From assembly GCA_017651245.1 (NCBI GenBank), contig JAGCDQ010000024.1, positions 15,516 to 79,515 on the forward strand: a stretch of 64,000 nt of DNA, given 5' to 3'. Each line of letters starts with the position of its first letter. Position 1 is the first letter of the stretch. The notes beneath the pieces were generated by a model that was not told where the DNA came from, ran no database searches, and worked only from the letters and a program-made list of their open reading frames with translations. Positions 61,701 through 64,000 of the stretch are shown piece by piece. A program made the position numbers and the translations under genes. The DNA is from Bacteroidaceae bacterium (lineage in GTDB: Bacteria; Bacteroidota; Bacteroidia; Bacteroidales; Bacteroidaceae).

Positions 61701-62843
61701 AAACTGCAGTTGGAACAAATTCTTGTATCCATCAAATCCAAAACAAAAGTGGTTACGCGCAACACAAACAAATCAAAATCTAAGAAAGCAGAAAAAGGTT
61801 ATAACAAACGAGTACAATTGACTCCGCGTGGACAATTACACAATGAAACCATCTATGGCAGCAGCCAACGATATGTGACCAAAGAAGAAAAAGTTGGTTC
61901 TTCCTTTGATGTAGCGAAGATTTCCACTGTCGCGAACAAAGCCTATAGAGAGGCATTACAACGCCGTCTTGATACATATAATGGTGACGTGAGGAAAGCA
62001 TTTACAGGCAAGAACTCTTTGGAAAAGACACCCATCTGGTTGGACGATTTGCACACACGCGCCGTTCCTATTAAGGTAAAGTGTGTAACTATGGAAACCA
62101 TCTATACCATACGCAAACCAATCTCTAAAGATTTGAGAATCGACAAGGTGATTGATAAGCATATTCAAGACATCCTCCGTACACGTCTCGAAGAATATGA
62201 AGGTGATGCTAATAAAGCGTTCTCTAACTTGGACGAGAATCCCATCTGGTTGAATGAGGAGAAAGGTATTCGTATTAAAAGTGTTGCCATCAATGCCGGA
62301 TTGAGTAAACCTGAGGCCATTCACGAGAAGCGAAACCATCGTGGACAATTGATATTTAATGAAAAAGGGAACAAACAAGCTGCAGACTTTGTACAAACAG
62401 CCAACAACCATCATGTTGCCATTTTCCGCAATGCAGAAGGGAAACTACAAGAGCACATCGTATCATTCTACGAGGCGTCCATGCGCGCCAACCAGGGATT
62501 ACCCATCATTGACAAAGAATATAACAAAGCGGAAGGGTGGGAATTTCTTTTTACAATGAAACAGAATGAATACTTTGTATTCCCTGATAAAAACTTCTGT
62601 CCCTCAGAATATGATTTGATGAATCCCACTAATTACGCCATCATTAGCCCACATTTGTTCCGAGTGCAGAAACTCACCACCAAAGATTATTTCTTTAGAC
62701 ACCATCTTGAAACAACAGTTGAAGACAAAAATGAGCTCAGAGAAATGACATGGAAGCGGATTCAAAACTGTGATGGGTTAAAAGGTATTGTAAAAGTTAG
62801 AGTCAACCACATTGGTCAAATAGTAGCCGTAGGAGAATCGTAA
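58713..62843 (+). CDS. cas9: CRISPR-associated endonuclease Cas9, type II-C
   Basis: 1376 aa. RuvC-I (ILGLDLGTTSIGWAVV), Arg-rich bridge helix (RSMRRNLQRYKLRRENL), HNH (IDIEHIIPQARLFDDSFSNKTLEW...N) and RuvC-III (HHAMDALTIAF). Followed by cas1-cas2 with no csn2 or cas4. Confidence 0.95.
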   Translation: MKKILGLDLGTTSIGWAVVNEATNNEEKSSIVKLGVRVNPLTVDEQTNFEKGRPITTNADRTLKRSMRRNLQRYKLRRENLINCLKEHGFINNDSILCENGNRTTFETYRLRAKAATEKISLQELARVLLMINKKRGYKSSRKAKSTDEGELVDGMTVAKTLYEENLTPGQYSLQLLRNGKKYLPDYYQSDLHAEMLRIWYKQQTFYPDILTPDFMKALEGKSKSNTSKIFYARFGIHTADNKSKDKKQQAYKWRVDALNRRLTIEEVAYVISDLNGLINGSSGYLGRISDRSKNLYFNKQTVGQYLMQELDKNPNYSLKNSVFYRQDYLDEFEVIWNTQSKYHPELTPELKKELGNIIIFYQRPLKSQKGLVAICELENEQREVEVDGVKKLITIGCKVCPKSSPLFQEFRMWQRLNDIVIYYSNATPDFFGNGRATKRRLTEEEMNTLAFELSIKGKMTKQQMLKCLFGKTAGLDMNFKDIDGNETQAKLFEAYLKIIEMTGHEGYDSAKLNASQILDVVEKVFTGLGFNTAPLYFDASIKGKQFDKQPMYQLWHLLYSYEGDNSKTGDNSLIKKIRDIFNFDNDDYAKAIAAVSFKPDYGSLCAKAIRNLLPIMKKGIDYSEACKSEYGTHSKRSLTKEELDQKEMKDYLDLLPKNSLRNPVVEKILNQMINVVNEVVATYGPIDEIRIEMARKLKKSAKERERETNKINTTTADHEKIKKILQAAPFNIEHVSHNDIIRYKLYEELKENGYKTLYSNKYIPKEKLFSREIDIEHIIPQARLFDDSFSNKTLEWRSINQEKSNATAFDYVKGKYGEAGAKEYKQRVDELRKQEVISKVKHAYLLMSVDDIPSNILKRELNDTQYIARKAREILEQIVRIVVPTTGKITKRLREDWQLVNVMQELNYPKYEKLGLAETFEKEWTKRNDHRHHAMDALTIAFTKQSIIQYLNNLNARSDKSSSIYGIEQNELYRDKHGTLRFLPPIPLDEFRTEAKLQLEQILVSIKSKTKVVTRNTNKSKSKKAEKGYNKRVQLTPRGQLHNETIYGSSQRYVTKEEKVGSSFDVAKISTVANKAYREALQRRLDTYNGDVRKAFTGKNSLEKTPIWLDDLHTRAVPIKVKCVTMETIYTIRKPISKDLRIDKVIDKHIQDILRTRLEEYEGDANKAFSNLDENPIWLNEEKGIRIKSVAINAGLSKPEAIHEKRNHRGQLIFNEKGNKQAADFVQTANNHHVAIFRNAEGKLQEHIVSFYEASMRANQGLPIIDKEYNKAEGWEFLFTMKQNEYFVFPDKNFCPSEYDLMNPTNYAIISPHLFRVQKLTTKDYFFRHHLETTVEDKNELREMTWKRIQNCDGLKGIVKVRVNHIGQIVAVGES

Positions 62844-62844
62844 C

Positions 62845-63768
62845 ATGATCAAGAAGACCCTCTATTTCGGAAATCCCATCTACCTCAGTCTCCGCAATTC
62901 ACAGCTGGTACTGAAGACGCCAGATGCGGATAAATTGGAAGAGTCGTTCAAACGGGAAGCAGAACGGACGATTCCAATTGAGGATATCGGTGTGGTGGTG
63001 CTCGACAACAGACGCATCACCGTCACAACAGGAGCAATGGAGGCTTTGCTGGACAACAACTGCGCCATTATCACGTGCGATAAAACCAACATGCCTGTGG
63101 GTCTGATGCTACCCCTAAGCGGCAACACTACACAGAGTGAACGTTTCCGCAACCAGATAGATGCGTCGCTGCCACTAAAGAAACAGCTTTGGCAACAAAC
63201 CATCCGACAAAAAATCTTAAACCAGGCTACAGTATTGAACAAGAACACAGGAGCAATCGTCAAGAATATGCAGGTATGGGCAAACGAGGTGAAAAGTGGC
63301 GACCCAGACAACTTCGAAGCCCGTGCTGCCACTTATTATTGGCGCAACCTCTTCCCCACGCTGCCCAACTTCGTGCGTGGACGTGAAGGTGAGCCTCCCA
63401 ACAATCTTCTTAATTATGGTTATGCCATCCTACGGGCTTGTGTGGCTCGTGGTTTAGTGGGAAGTGGACTCTTGCCAACCTTAGGCATTCATCATCACAA
63501 TCGTTACAATGCCTATTGTTTAGCGGATGACATCATGGAACCATATCGCCCCTTTGTGGATGATTTGGTCATCAACATCATGCAACAATACCCCGATTAC
63601 AGCAAACTAACCTTGAGCATCAAGGCAGCCCTTCTCACCATCCCTTCACTTGACGTGATGCTGGATGGTAAAAGAAGCCCGCTTATGATTGCCGTTGGTC
63701 AAACAACAGCAAGCCTTGCCAAATGTTTCAATGGAGAGATGCGCAAAATCGCTTATCCTGAATTATAA
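62845..63768 (+). CDS. cas1: CRISPR-associated endonuclease Cas1 (type II)
   Basis: 307 aa, starting 1 nt after the cas9 stop. Cas1-like C-terminal catalytic region (NNLLNYGYAILRACVARGL...GIHHHNRYNAYCLADDIMEPYRPFVD). Confidence 0.9.
   Translation: MIKKTLYFGNPIYLSLRNSQLVLKTPDADKLEESFKREAERTIPIEDIGVVVLDNRRITVTTGAMEALLDNNCAIITCDKTNMPVGLMLPLSGNTTQSERFRNQIDASLPLKKQLWQQTIRQKILNQATVLNKNTGAIVKNMQVWANEVKSGDPDNFEARAATYYWRNLFPTLPNFVRGREGEPPNNLLNYGYAILRACVARGLVGSGLLPTLGIHHHNRYNAYCLADDIMEPYRPFVDDLVINIMQQYPDYSKLTLSIKAALLTIPSLDVMLDGKRSPLMIAVGQTTASLAKCFNGEMRKIAYPEL

Positions 63769-64000
<232 letters not shown>

Overview
The window reads as a chromosomal segment of a Bacteroidota genome, Prevotella/Bacteroides-like. 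This inference rests on three things: TAnnTTTG (-7) promoter boxes, with the 10-mer TACCTTTGCA correctly oriented upstream of at least 8 genes; T9SS C-terminal sorting domains; and gene content.

Gene order:
- 3' part of an RND efflux pump plus its outer-membrane factor, a LuxR-type regulator and mutY.
- A lipoprotein / HmuY-like / TonB-dependent receptor trio.
- A seven-gene arylpyruvate cluster: iorA, iorB, paaK, an aminotransferase, a second paaK, an ACT-domain gene and a PaaI thioesterase.
- tRNA-Phe, a Na+/solute symporter, a MaoC dehydratase, rplS, a GH97 glycosidase and uxuA-uxuB.
- Two giant T9SS-sorted surface proteins (1285 and 1671 aa) with a trailing small acidic ORF, facing a divergently transcribed membrane-anchored AraC regulator.
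- recO, an HU-like gene, a TlpA-like thioredoxin protein, tRNA-Glu, rpsT and gyrB.
- A complete minus-strand dcw cluster (mraZ-rsmH-ftsL-ftsI-murE-mraY-murD-ftsW-murG-murC-ftsQ-ftsA-ftsZ).
- A type II-C CRISPR-Cas module (cas9-cas1-cas2, with cas2 cut by the window end and no CRISPR array inside the window).

I found no unrecognised multi-gene protein system. The unexplained signals are mostly non-coding:
1. A family of C-depleted 7-, 8- and 11-nt tandem repeats sits in sense orientation at six operon-internal gene junctions. One array lies in frame inside recO.
2. C-run/G-run hairpin elements lie inside coding sequences (mutY twice, the HmuY-like gene, the LuxR gene), and a 171-bp element with 11-bp inverted termini lies inside the ior/paaK cluster.
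3. A candidate tracrRNA is divergent from cas9, next to about 300 nt of helically phased direct repeats (22-nt x3, 42-nt x2, 11-nt x5.4).
4. Candidate operators, leaders and attenuators include MraZ boxes, 17-nt repeats in front of the adhesin operon, a hairpin in the iorA leader and a long rplS leader.

All protein calls come from reading the supplied translations for family motifs and synteny. No database search, alignment or folding program was run, and identities and composition statements are by eye.
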